Source: Tubiluchus corallicola (Eukaryota > Animalia > Priapulida). From it: a DNA stretch of 45,738 bases. Of this stretch, positions 1 to 12,100 are shown in pieces. The stretch's first letter is position 1, and every line of letters starts with the position of its first letter. A program made the position numbers and the translations under genes. The notes below the pieces were generated by a model. The model was not told where the DNA came from. It did not search any database and saw only the letters and a program-made list of their open reading frames with translations. The DNA lies in contig JAQGDQ010001347.1 in assembly GCA_030141605.1 (NCBI GenBank), forward strand, positions 1-45,738. The letters are read 5' to 3'.

Positions 1-457
1 ACACCTCCGGACCGGAAAAAATCTTCCCTTATAGTCAAAGTTGAGTCAGACTGAGGGTGTATCTAAACCTGTGCGTTTTTGTACATTTACCCATATTTTT
101 ATAGATTATTGCTACATATTCAGTGAAAACGGTATGTAGGAAGCTCCTTCAGTGATGCGAGATGTATGTCACCGCGGAAACCGAGCTGTTCGAGGATTTT
201 GTGAAAAATGGAGGTTAAAAATCAATCAATTTCACTTTGATCATAAGGTCTCTTATATGCAAGGTAATTAACCTGGGTTTCTATTATGCGGGATCTGAAG
301 ATATCGTCCCTTATAACCGAAAGTCTCTTGTATGTGAGTACCTTATATACGAAGATTTTTATAAGGAAAAACGTTACGAAAAATCGGGACCGGCGTTGGT
401 GGTCCCTTATAAGCGAGTGTCCCCTATAAGCGAGTACCTTACACCCGAGGTTGACTG
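1..457. mobile_element. MITE family A (Tc1/mariner-pogo-like, TIR CAGTCAACCT, TA flank), cut by window edge
   Basis: Ends CCGAGGTTGACTG|TA; colinear with the copy at 29539-29976. Confidence 0.85.
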
Positions 458-517
458 TAATCACAAAACTCAACAACCCAAGACAATATGAGGAGACTGA
501 AACTTGCATTACAAGCT

Positions 518-3151
518 TTATTCCACATCTGTCTGCAAATTCTGCATCTTTGCCACTTTTTCTAAAACTTCCCGGATTTCCTCCTGACTGGGATTTGCAG
601 TCGGCAGTACGATTCTCGTCTGCACTCCGTTAACTGTCACAGTCAATGTAGTCCAAGCCGATGTATCAATTGAACTGGTATCGCCGACCACAATGGCGTC
701 GTTAGTAACGTCGTCCATTATAATGTTCCCAAATTCTGAATCTGACGGGATCTGAATAGCAAATTCTTCCTCATTTGAATGCACAGATTGTTCTGCATTT
801 AGAGAGTCGATGTTTATCCCATTCACTTCTCCGGCCGATTCACTGCATAGCACAATGCTACTGTCTTCGAATTCTTGAAAAGTTTGTACTGTACCCGTGT
901 TTTCGATTTGCGAAAGTTCAATCGTTTCGCTACCAGCAGCTTCATTGAATTCAGACAGCAGCAATATCTGTTCCAACCCAACTGGGAGTGCACTGGACAC
1001 ATGGTCATCAGTATTTAACACTGCGCCTTCACTTGCATCCATAATAGTATCTTGTGTGACACTCGAAGCCTTAGAGCGAAAGAACGTCCTTTTCTCGACC
1101 GGTTCGCACTCGATCGGTTTCTGATGTCGGAAGTAGTCCGGTTTGTCCCAGATGTGCTGGCAGTCCGTGTGCTTCCGCTGCATGTGCCGCTTCAAGCTGT
1201 GCCTCATTTTGACGGGAACTCCGCATATCTCGCAGATGAATGTTGTGTTCACGTGAGCGTAGCGCATGTGAAAGTTTAGTAAGTGTACCTTGACGAATGT
1301 CTTCTGGCAGAGATGACACGCATACCGAGTCAACGACGTGTGTTCTAGCTCATGGATTTTCACGTAAGTCGAATCCAGAAAGGTTTTATCGCAATACTGA
1401 CACTTGTAACAACGAGACGCGTCGTGTCTTTCCTTGTGCTTGACCAGATTAGCTTTTTGCAAGAAGGAGTGCCCGCACACGTCGCACACGTGGCGTTTTG
1501 CAGCAGCGTCGTGCATTCTAGAATGAATACGCAATGACGACAACGTTTTGAAGGTTTTATTACACACCTTACATGCATAATCTTTCTCGGTTTTATGCGA
1601 CTGGTAGTGGATTCTTAGAGTGTCGCCGCGATGGAATGCCTTGTTGCACAGGTGGCAAACGTGTGATCGCTCGCCGTGTATCTTCATATGCGCATTCAAC
1701 GCACTCTTGCTGGAAAACGAAACGCCACACGAGTCGCAAATCCTGTGATCTATTCTGTACTCTTTACCGTCTATCGTGTGCATGCGTAGCGGATCTGTGT
1801 TTACGGGACACGTGTGCCGCAGTAGAGTATCTTTACGGGGAAACTTCTTACTGCAGTACTCGCAAGAGAATGCGGATGCAGTCTCGATATGTTTCGTGCT
1901 ACAATGTTTCAGTAACATGCTTTTTGATTTAAACTTCTCATTGCAAAGTTCACACACATGTTCAGTTTTTTCTGCTGACGATGAGTCGCAGACGTGGATG
2001 CACTCGGTTATCCTCCTGCGAAAATGGGCGCCACATTTCTCGCAGCGGTAAGGTTTTCTATGCGTTTCGATATGTTCGAGAAATTGTTTATCATTCACAA
2101 AAAGACAGAGACAGTCTTCCATTTGGCACTGCGTGGCATGATTCTCACGCAGAGATTTCAGCCCCTGACATACCGGAATGTGTTTGCTCAAATATTCTGC
2201 TGTAACGAATGCAGTTGCGCACAGCCGGCAAACGTGCCGCGGTTCGTGCGATTCTAAATGCGCTTCTAGATAACTGTAGTTTCGGAACGTTGCCCGGCAG
2301 TGCTCACATCGGAAATACTGCATCGTTTCCGTGTGGCAAGTGTGCGTTTGGTAATCCTCGTGAGTCCTAAAGCTTCTGTGACAGTAGTCACAGTGCGCTT
2401 CTTTGTTCTCATGGTACTCCTTGTGAAGTTCTAGCAACTTTGGTTTATTAAACGTTTTTGGACACAGCGAACACAGAAAATCGCCCGGACCAGCATCAGC
2501 CTCGCAAAGGTGTCTTTCCAGCTGCGCTTGGAGACGAAACGCAACCTTGCACATTGGACATGGGAACTTAGAGATCTGATCTTGGCATTCATTATCTCTG
2601 TCAGTATCTGCTACTTCTGCAACATCAATGTCCAAAAGTTGTGACACTTGTTCTTCAACTGTTTTGCTCACATCTTTATCTCGGTTTACCATTTCATTAA
2701 AGGAATTATCTACAAGACCACCACATGCTGCACCATGATTTTCTTGCACATAATCATCTCCTTCGACATTATTGTTTTTAAAAACCTTATCTCCGAGGTC
2801 ACTGTTTTCATTCGTTGAAGCATCTACATGTACTCCATCAGTTACGTGATAATTAAAATTTCTGTGTTCTTGACACGCGCTTTCATCGAGACTAGCACCG
2901 TGGTCGTGACTATTGCTATCTGCTTTACTTTCGATGACCACGTCCGTTGTTTTTAGCAAGATATCTTCGTCTCCGTTCATCGCATCCATTTCACTATATA
3001 TATTTCTTTCTTCGCAACTATTTTGTGATACTCTTTCGCTTGGGATTGCATCGGTTTCGTCAGAATTCAACTGACTTTTGTTGGAATGTTCTAGTTTATG
3101 ATCTAGTTGTAACTGCTCAGTTCTGTCATCCATGTCCAACTTGCTGTCATT
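518..3151 (-). CDS. PRDM10/15: PRDM terminal exon: acidic linker, 16 zinc fingers, acidic tail
   Basis: 873 aa ORF of the track extends in frame to acceptor ttttagcag at 3151; repeated C-x2-C-x12-H-x(1-4)-H/C motifs; stop at 518-520. Confidence 0.95.
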   Translation of the reverse strand, partial: NDSKLDMDDRTEQLQLDHKLEHSNKSQLNSDETDAIPSERVSQNSCEERNIYSEMDAMNGDEDILLKTTDVVIESKADSNSHDHGASLDESACQEHRNFNYHVTDGVHVDASTNENSDLGDKVFKNNNVEGDDYVQENHGAACGGLVDNSFNEMVNRDKDVSKTVEEQVSQLLDIDVAEVADTDRDNECQDQISKFPCPMCKVAFRLQAQLERHLCEADAGPGDFLCSLCPKTFNKPKLLELHKEYHENKEAHCDYCHRSFRTHEDYQTHTCHTETMQYFRCEHCRATFRNYSYLEAHLESHEPRHVCRLCATAFVTAEYLSKHIPVCQGLKSLRENHATQCQMEDCLCLFVNDKQFLEHIETHRKPYRCEKCGAHFRRRITECIHVCDSSSAEKTEHVCELCNEKFKSKSMLLKHCSTKHIETASAFSCEYCSKKFPRKDTLLRHTCPVNTDPLRMHTIDGKEYRIDHRICDSCGVSFSSKSALNAHMKIHGERSHVCHLCNKAFHRGDTLRIHYQSHKTEKDYACKVCNKTFKTLSSLRIHSRMHDAAAKRHVCDVCGHSFLQKANLVKHKERHDASRCYKCQYCDKTFLDSTYVKIHELEHTSLTRYACHLCQKTFVKVHLLNFHMRYAHVNTTFICEICGVPVKMRHSLKRHMQRKHTDCQHIWDKPDYFRHQKPIECEPVEKRTFFRSKASSVTQDTIMDASEGAVLNTDDHVSSALPVGLEQILLLSEFNEAAGSETIELSQIENTGTVQTFQEFEDSSIVLCSESAGEVNGINIDSLNAEQSVHSNEEEFAIQIPSDSEFGNIIMDDVTNDAIVVGDTSSIDTSAWTTLTVTVNGVQTRIVLPTANPSQEEIREVLEKVAKMQNLQTDVE

Positions 3152-6100
3152 CTGCTAAAAAAGAAGATGGTTGGCCATTACATGTCTGATTTTGCTTGAA
3201 TTGATACAACCCTAAAACTGGTTAGTCATTATGGATACAATCAACTGCGATACACAGTCATATTACGAGTATTGCAACCTGTTCATGTAATGGCAAAATA
3301 GTCAAACCTCGTTATGCCACCTACTTTGGCATTAATAAAAAAGTTAGCTTTAAGGCAAAACTGGACCCAATCTTAAACAGTAGGTCTAAATAATCTACTC
3401 TTTAAAATATTGAAAGGAAACATACAGTTTTTTCAAAAATGACTTACGTGAAGGAATTATTATCACACAAACACAGCAGCCACTAGTTCTTCGCTGCTAC
3501 ATGTGTTTCACCATTCGCTGGTTAGACGGGCACTAGTGCCTGCATTTCGGAAATGCAATACATAGGTGCTGTACCTCTCAGTTCAGATGTGTTAGTTTCT
3601 GATGAACTACAAACGTTCGACAGCTCATGCGGGGGCACAGCGGTAAAAATCTGTCATCAATAGTTGGGCTTGCCCGCCGTTAGTTAAGTTTTTTATCTAT
3701 TAGTTAATTATCAGAAACACGTGTGCAGTATTAATTGTGTTAAAATGTACACTTTTTATCATACTTGAAAATGGGGCAGGGATGAGAATGACAAATTGCA
3801 AAAAACTCTGAAACAGGCTGGGGGTTTGGGGGCCGCCTAGGCCCCAATGGGGTTGAGGGGCAAAGCCGCCATGGGGGTTCAAGGGGGCGAAGCAAATGCC
3901 ATTTTGTGACCATAGAGAGCCTCTAAGTGGACTTAAAATATCAAATACATTGTTTCATGCATAATTTAAAATAGCCAACTATCAAGGATACATGATACAT
4001 ATGATCGTGAAGCTTCAAAAAATTAACAAATTTTATTTTGTATATATCTTGTTGCCTATATTTCATAAATTATAAAATTAAACTTGGTTTTATTCAAATT
4101 ATGCTTTGGCATTTAGGTTGTTTGTGTCTGGAGGCCTCAAAGCTTAACATTTGTCAGCAATGAAGATATGCCACATTGCCGTAAAAGGCATGCTACAAAT
4201 AGTACAGATTATCAAATAAACAATATTTATGCTTTATTTGAACTATTTTAGCTAAAATTTTTCACCAATTTTTAACATCTAGGAGATAAAAGGTAAGCTG
4301 GATAAATACCTCGAAAAAATGCTACAGAAAGTTTCGGTTACGATTTGGACGAAAACGAGGTTCACCCCTCAAAAATTTTCTCAACAAATTTATGCAATTT
4401 ACAAAAATGGCACTACTGGTCTTCCAGAAACTCGGAATTCTGCGTATTCGGAGAAAATTCTCATCCCTAAAATGGGGTAGTATGTGAAAAATCATCCTGT
4501 TTTCCTTTAAATACAAGTCTCCCAAAAAAAATGTTACAGATTTACCTTATTCTGTTGACGGGGTAGCGGTACATTTAACACAATCCCGTGAACAGAAGCT
4601 ATGTGTTCAAGCAACGACTGACGACCATTCGTCGAAACACCGCAATATTTGCATGGTATTTGTCTTTTGGGCCTCCCTCGCATTCCACACTTTAAGTCTG
4701 CAGTTCAAAAAATGAAAAATGAAAGAGTTTCAAATTCATGTCACTATGAAGAGAAATACAACACAAAACAAGTTGCATACAAAAGTCTCTAATTGCATTA
4801 TCCGGACGTCTTAAAATTAACAAACAGCACGTATTGGGGAGTCTGCCTAATTAAATGGACTTGATGAATGTAATTTTAAGTGTCCATTCACTAAACTGAT
4901 AGACATATTTGGAAGGAAGTGATGGACATTTACTATTTCGATGGACATTTTGAGCGTAATCATGGATGCAATGGACATAAATTGAACACCCTAGTGCTAA
5001 ACTGATGGGCCTATGTAATCTTGGACAAACTTTGAGCATCTGTTCACTAAACTGAAGACCATTTTAGAGGATGCGATTTACGTCTATTTACTACATGTAT
5101 TTGAACACGGCGGATGCCCATTTGATATGTTTAGTTGAATGCAGTGGATGTGGTGGGATTAACATTTAGTTTACTCTGGATGTTAGTTTAAACGTAATTG
5201 ACTCCATGTAGGACGTGCAAATCATTTTGATAAGTTTTTATGTATTGTATATAAATATATATTTTATAAATTGCATATTAGTTTCGATGTGAATAGTGAA
5301 TAGACATCTAAATTACGTTCATCGCAAAAGTTCATATAGGATTTGCCACTTATTGGGTCAGGAAAGATACATACATTACACACACCGGACCGTGAATGAG
5401 AGACCTTTGCCGGTTGGTTTATACTAATAGTTGGGTGTTTGTACAGCAAAAATGTCGACAAGACGGCAATTAAACTTTTTTAATTATTCACATAACCTGA
5501 TACTTACCCTTCATAACAATCTTCATCATGTCGTCCTCTGCAAGACAAAATTATTATTATTATCCTCTACAATTATCATTGCTGCATGGAAATAATAATA
5601 ACAGAAATGCAATATAGATCAACATTTCTCAAATTTTCATGTGCTGCCATCCAATGAGCAAAAAACAAATTATTAAGTTGTTAATGCAGGACTTTTTTTC
5701 AATTTTCTAAGAGCACATCACACATGATACATTAGGAGTATTACATACAATACTCAAATAATATGTGAGGACATCTGTAAACAGAGTAATTACGTTTTTA
5801 TGACTTAAGGAAAAACCGCATGATTGTATAGACACGAGTTCAAAACAAAGAATGCTCTAAAATATTGAAAACTACAGCAGATTTTTAATCAAAGCTTAGA
5901 TTAAATAATAATCACCTCACATAGTTAAATTTTGTTAAACTTTCAAAGCTCAACGAATCCACTAAGACTGGCAATGGCACCTTTTTGTCACATTTGCATG
6001 ACCGACAAATAGGTGCAGTACCGTGATAAGCATGATCATGAACTGCAGTGTTCACTTGTGGCATCAGGGCGACATAGAGTTCATTTTTGTGACATCACAT

Positions 6101-9100
6101 CAGTGTCTTATAGCAATTTTCGTTTATGCAAACATGTTTGATGCGTAGGGAAGATGGCTACCATTACACAAACTGTGGTTAGTTTGTGATGTAAGTGATA
6201 GCCGTGTTCAATTGTTGTTAAATTCCAAGGAAATTACTTTCTAAGGTAATAATTCACATATGAGAAACAATTGCTAACTTTTATAGGCAAAAAATGATAT
6301 TTTGGACAGTAACTGTAAGCTAAAACAAGACTGAGTCTAATCAACTGTCCGGTTTTCCTTTAACGAGTCAGTTTTCCCCCTACTTAAAAAACAAAACTAT
6401 TCATTCACAGTTAAAGCAGTTACCTGTCACTGGTAACACCCTAAGTTAAAATAGTTACCTGGCACTGGTAACACCCTAAGTTAAAATGGTTACCTGTCAC
6501 TGGTAACACCCTAAGTTAAAATAGTTACCTGGCACTGGTAACACCCTAAGTTAAAATGGTTACCTGTCACTGGTAACACCCTAAGTTAAAATAGTTACCT
6601 GGCACTGGTAACACCCTAAGTTAAAATGGTTACCTGTCACTGGTAACACCCTAAGTTAAAATGGTTACCTGGCACTGGTAACACCCTAAGTTAAAATGGT
6701 TACCTGGCACTGGTAACACCCTAAGTTAAAATGGTTACTTGGTACTGGTAACACCCTAAGTTAAAATGGTTACCTGGCACTGGTAATCTCTTCAGTTTAG
6801 CTGCATATGATGGACTATACCAAACCTTCAACTCTTCGCCAGCTAAAATTTCTCTCGTAGTCAGAAACATAATGTCATCCTGAAAAAGTTGAACAGAAAA
6901 GTGAAGTTTTTGACGAGGCAAAAATTGATAAAAATCAATAATTACACTCATTAAAATTCATTGGAACACGCATCAAGAATGAAAGCAACTTGATATGGGC
7001 TAATTAAAGCATTAACCCTTTCATACCCGTTGTATCCCGTGGGATACGAGAATATTTTCTGCCCTTAAAATTAATAAAATTTTAAAACTGACAGTTATTT
7101 GATCTGTTAATAGTTATTTTGATTTAAGCCAATAACAATAGACTAAAAATAGTGATAAAATGGCAAACTAGAAAATCTACATAGCATAAAAAAACTGCGC
7201 AAGGTACAGTACTTTAGAGACGAGTTTGTATAGATCAGCATTGCATGCATACTAAATGTCTTAAATACTTTAAAAATTATCAGCAGTTGCAAAATGAAGC
7301 ACATTTTATGCTTGCGTTGAATTCCAATGTATCCCGTGGGATACAGGCTATATTTAGCACGAGGGCACAGGTAGAAAAAAACAATTATTATGTGTAAACA
7401 AGATGGACATACTGAACAAAAGTACCAAGCCAAAATTTTTTTCTTATTAAAAAAATAATTTGGGACTGAAAGGGTTAATACGAGCTACACAAGCAAACTG
7501 AAGGCAAACAAATAACAACACATAAGATGCAATATCAAATAAACAAGTGATGTCATCTTGCACGTCCATGACGTCATAGCTACAATAAACAGTAATCAAA
7601 AATAGTAAACAAATAAAAGAAAAGGGTCATTCATTAAATGGTCGCAGGAAGACTTTTCAGACTGTATCTCTTCGGAACTGATGAATCTCACATTGAAAAT
7701 TAGATAAAAACTCTTTAATGCTTCACCAGCTGAAATCTTAAGCCATGACTGGGATGTGGTCTGCTAGTCCGGTAAGGCGTTTGTTTTTCACACAACATAT
7801 TCCCAAGATACAGACATTGTCACCCATCTTAATATGAATGGTTTAGCAAAATGCAACAATGAAAAATTAAGGAAATTTTGCTTCTATAGTAATAACTCTT
7901 TCGTGCAAATAGTATTTTCCCTTTCAATAATTGATGCGTTAGGTCATTTTTTTATACAAGCAAAGCAGGGTCACATTTTCCTTTAATCATAGATCGCCTC
8001 ATGTAATTAGTTTAATCACTTTAAAGTCGCGATCACTTCATGCTTGGGCGCTCCAATTTTCTTCTTCCAATAACGTCAATCGTTTTCAAGAAAAGGATCG
8101 CACTGTCATTCTTCAACAAAGGTATAATAAAATCTTACAAAAAAATTGAGTAGAGAAACTTTGCAATATTTTTGCACGAACATTATATAAGCTGTAGAAG
8201 TTTGAATTGGTTTAAGCAGCGTTTGGTTATGAAAAATTGAGAATTCATAAATATTGTTGTACTTTTTTTGGTTAAGATTTTTTGCGTAGTCACTTTATCA
8301 AGCTTGTGTCAGAGCAAATAAATGCAAACAAGCAAAAACAAAGTATTTTATTTATTTCAGATTTTGTTTCAGTTTTGATAATAGTTGCTTTTGCAAAAAT
8401 AATTTCGGTTCGAATTCGTTTTAGTATCGCTTTCTTTCCATTTCATAAACTCCTGTTTTGGTCTCGGTTTGTAATTTCAGTTTAGTTAACTCCCATTTTC
8501 AGTAACCATTTTTAGTTAATGCCAGGGCGCCCTATTTTTCTTCCAATGGCGTCATTCGTCTTGAAGAAGAGTAGCGCACTGTCAATCCTCATCAAAAGTT
8601 TAATAAGTTTTTACAAACAAATAGATAACTAGTTTTGTAATATTTTTGCATGAACATTAGGTAAGCTGCAGAAGTTTGAATTAGTTTAAGCAGCGCGCGT
8701 TTACGAAAAGTCACGAATTCTCCCAGTTACGTCATGATATTCAAGTAAATGGCGGCAACACCACGTCTGAAAATTTCTATTCAGATGTAGTATATTTTAA
8801 TTTATGCTTTATAGGCAGTTCTTTGCAAATTTCTTTGTTATATTTTTCTAAGTTTAAGTGATAATAGTCAAATAAACACAACACACTGAGTAACTTGTTC
8901 TTTCCTTTAAATCGTAAGAAAAACTTGATAAAAAAATATTACTATACAACTTTTTCTAGTACTTTAAGTAAATGGTAATGTAGTTAGAAATGTTAAACGA
9001 AATTGTTAAACGATGTTAAACCAAATAAATAAGAAAGACAAAATGGTAATTGTTTTACGCATACTTTTATCTGAAAAGCGATGACATTGCGATCGTTGGC

Positions 9101-12100
9101 AGATTTTGCTGGTCTCACCAGGCACAACCAATTGCATTCCTCCTCATTGTCAGTTTTCAGCAAAAACGAAGTTTTTCCATCCGTAGTGAGTATCTGCAAC
9201 AAGGAGCTCAGTTAGCTGACATGGCAGAAGAAATGATCGCTATTAACAAAACCTGGGCAGATTATTGCAAGAAATATATTGACAAATGTGTGCTTGCCTA
9301 GCAAAATTGTCCTAGTTCTAGTTATTCACATATCCTGAATCTCAATTTCATGAGGATCATTTTGATACCAAGTTCATCGCTCTATGTTATTTCTAAGCTG
9401 AGATAACCCACGTTCAAGTTGAGGTGCAGGCTGCATACTGAAAAACATTACCTTGAGAAAATTGCTGTTAAACTCAGCCATTGTTTTTTGTCTCATTTCT
9501 ACAAAACACTTAGCAACCATACAAATATTAGTTGTTACAGACTTTGCAAGAACACATTGAAGTTATGTTTAAGTCCGTAGATGGTTCTTCTTAACGAAGA
9601 TGGCAACAGAAAAAAAAGAGCGAAATGACTGCTTCTACGAGATGCTATCGGAGCTTAAAAATCGGAGTTTGAAAATAAGAGTTTTTCACAATTGCAGTAC
9701 TAGTTTCTAGACAGACAAAGTGGGTAAGGAGATAAAGATTAGAAAAGGAGGTAAGGAGATTAGATAAAATTAGATTGAACACTTTCTTGATAATTCGATG
9801 CTAGAATATAAAGTCCAATATATTTAGCATTTGTTTTGATATAAAAAACAAAAAATTGACATTTGAGAAAATTTCTACTTTGAAGCGTCGTAACGTAGTT
9901 TTGAGTATGCCGTCTTATCGACGGTTTTGGTTTGCAAGCACACGTATGGTTACTTGTAGGGTAAATGGTAGCTCAACGGACTTCCGAAATTGCCTTTTGA
10001 AAATTGTTTTTAAACATAACAACTTAAAGGAAAGATCAAATCTTCTAGGAGGTTAGGCTCATTTCTACGTTTGCGAAAAATTTTAGAAGGATTTAGCAAT
10101 AAAACTGCAATAAGCGCCTCGTGTAATTAGTAAAATCACTTTAAAGTGGCGATCACTTCATGCTTGGGCGCTCCCATTTTCAATGCCCTTTCTTCTTCCA
10201 ATGACGTCATTCATCTTGAAGAAAAATAGCGCACTGTCAATCTACATCAAAAGTATAACTAATTTTCACAAAAATAAATAGCTAGTTTTGCAATATATTT
10301 GCGTGAACATTAGGTAAGTTGCAGAAGTGTGAATTAGTTTAAGCAGTGTGCGATTACGTAAAGTCATGATGTGCTTACGAAATGTCACGAAGTCTCCCAG
10401 TTACGTCATAATTTTCAAGTGAATGGCTGCAACCACTGTGCCTGAAAATTTCTATTCATACGTAGTACATGTATATTTTAAGTTTATGCTTTATAGGCAG
10501 TTCTTTGCAAATTTCTTTGTTAAATTTTTCTAAGTTTAAGTGATAGCAGTAAAATAAACCCGGCATACTGAGTGACTTCTCCTTTTCTTTAGCACACCAC
10601 AAACAGTTTAAGTGATAACAGTAAAATAAACACAACACACTGAGTGGCTTGTTCTTTCCTTTAGCACACCACAAACAGTTTAAGTGATAACAGTAAAATA
10701 AACCCAACACACTGAGTGGCTTGTTCTTTCCTTTAGCACACCACAAACAGTTTAAGTGACAACAGTAAAATAAACCCAACACACTGACTTTTTCTTTCCT
10801 TTAAATCCTTTGTTCTTCCCATAAAAAATATTACTATACAACTTTTTCTAATACTGTAAGTAAATGGTGATGTACTTAGGGATGTTAAACAATAGAAATT
10901 TGACAATACAATGCTTTTTTCCAATGATACAATATCGATAATCTGTTTTTCAGACGATATGATGCAAAAAATTATTTCGAAGGTTAAAACGATACAAAAT
11001 GCCTGGTTAGTTTTTGTGCAAGGTCTATCAGCATTTTAGCGCACCACATCTTTGCAAACCATTTCCCAATTAATGCACAGATATCTTATTTAGTCATAAA
11101 ACAATAATAATACATGACCTGCAACAGACAAATATATTATACACAGATCTATTACTACATAACATATTTATCTATGTGAGCTGTACTGCTTGTGCATAAC
11201 TAGGAAAATGTATCTAAAAATGATGCATTTGGGATTAGGGTCTCCTTAAATCATCTGAAGACAACAGATACTGCAGAACAAAAGTGCAAGAAAATTATTC
11301 AGATTATAAATAACTCCTTTTTTACTTATTGAATAAATGAAAAAGCAAAAAAAACGTGACTTTGTAAAGGAGAGCAATTAGCAACTACACACACCATATT
11401 CCATAATATTCCTGGAATACAATAATGGTAAAAACAAATTTTGCAACTTAGGAATTATACAATAATCAATGATTATCGACATAATAATTATTGGTGGTAT
11501 GTATCATCCCCTAAATGTAGTAGCAGCATTTAAGAGCCTTCAATTTTGTAACTTATGGGATATTTTTCAGTAGCATACAACTAATAATTAGTTAATTATA
11601 CTAATAATTAAAAGTTAAAATTGTATCTTACTTTTAGAGTAGAAAACAAAGTATTAGTAGTAGTTTTCAATGGGCAAATACAATAATGCACGCATGGTCA
11701 TTTCATCTAACTGCAAAATAATGTTCTTACTTTCAATAGGAACCAAGGTTCAATTATTCCATTTTCCAAAACTCTGGGTGCTTCCAGCGGTCCAAACCAG
11801 GTCCCTGCTGCTAAGGGCTTCGATGTGATAATTCCTTTGCCATCAGTACATACAGATAAAATTGGTGGAAGAGTTAACCTGGCTCTTGATTCAACCTGAA
11901 CGTAAAATTTCAAAATGTAAATAGATACTTATAGCAAATAATAAGACAGGTAGAGCCGTCAAATTAACTTATACAAAAAGCTATCCTGCATTCGAAAAAT
12001 GGAAAAACACGTAATTCCTATATTAATGACAGATGCTCTAAGAATTTTTGTTCTTGGTAGAGCTGGATTACCTTATAGTTCAGTATAAGGTGCAGCCTAG

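Noticed and set aside
222-509. ORFs at 222-509, 237-491 and their counterpart at 29819-30013
   Set aside because: Inside non-autonomous MITE copies; no transposase motifs.
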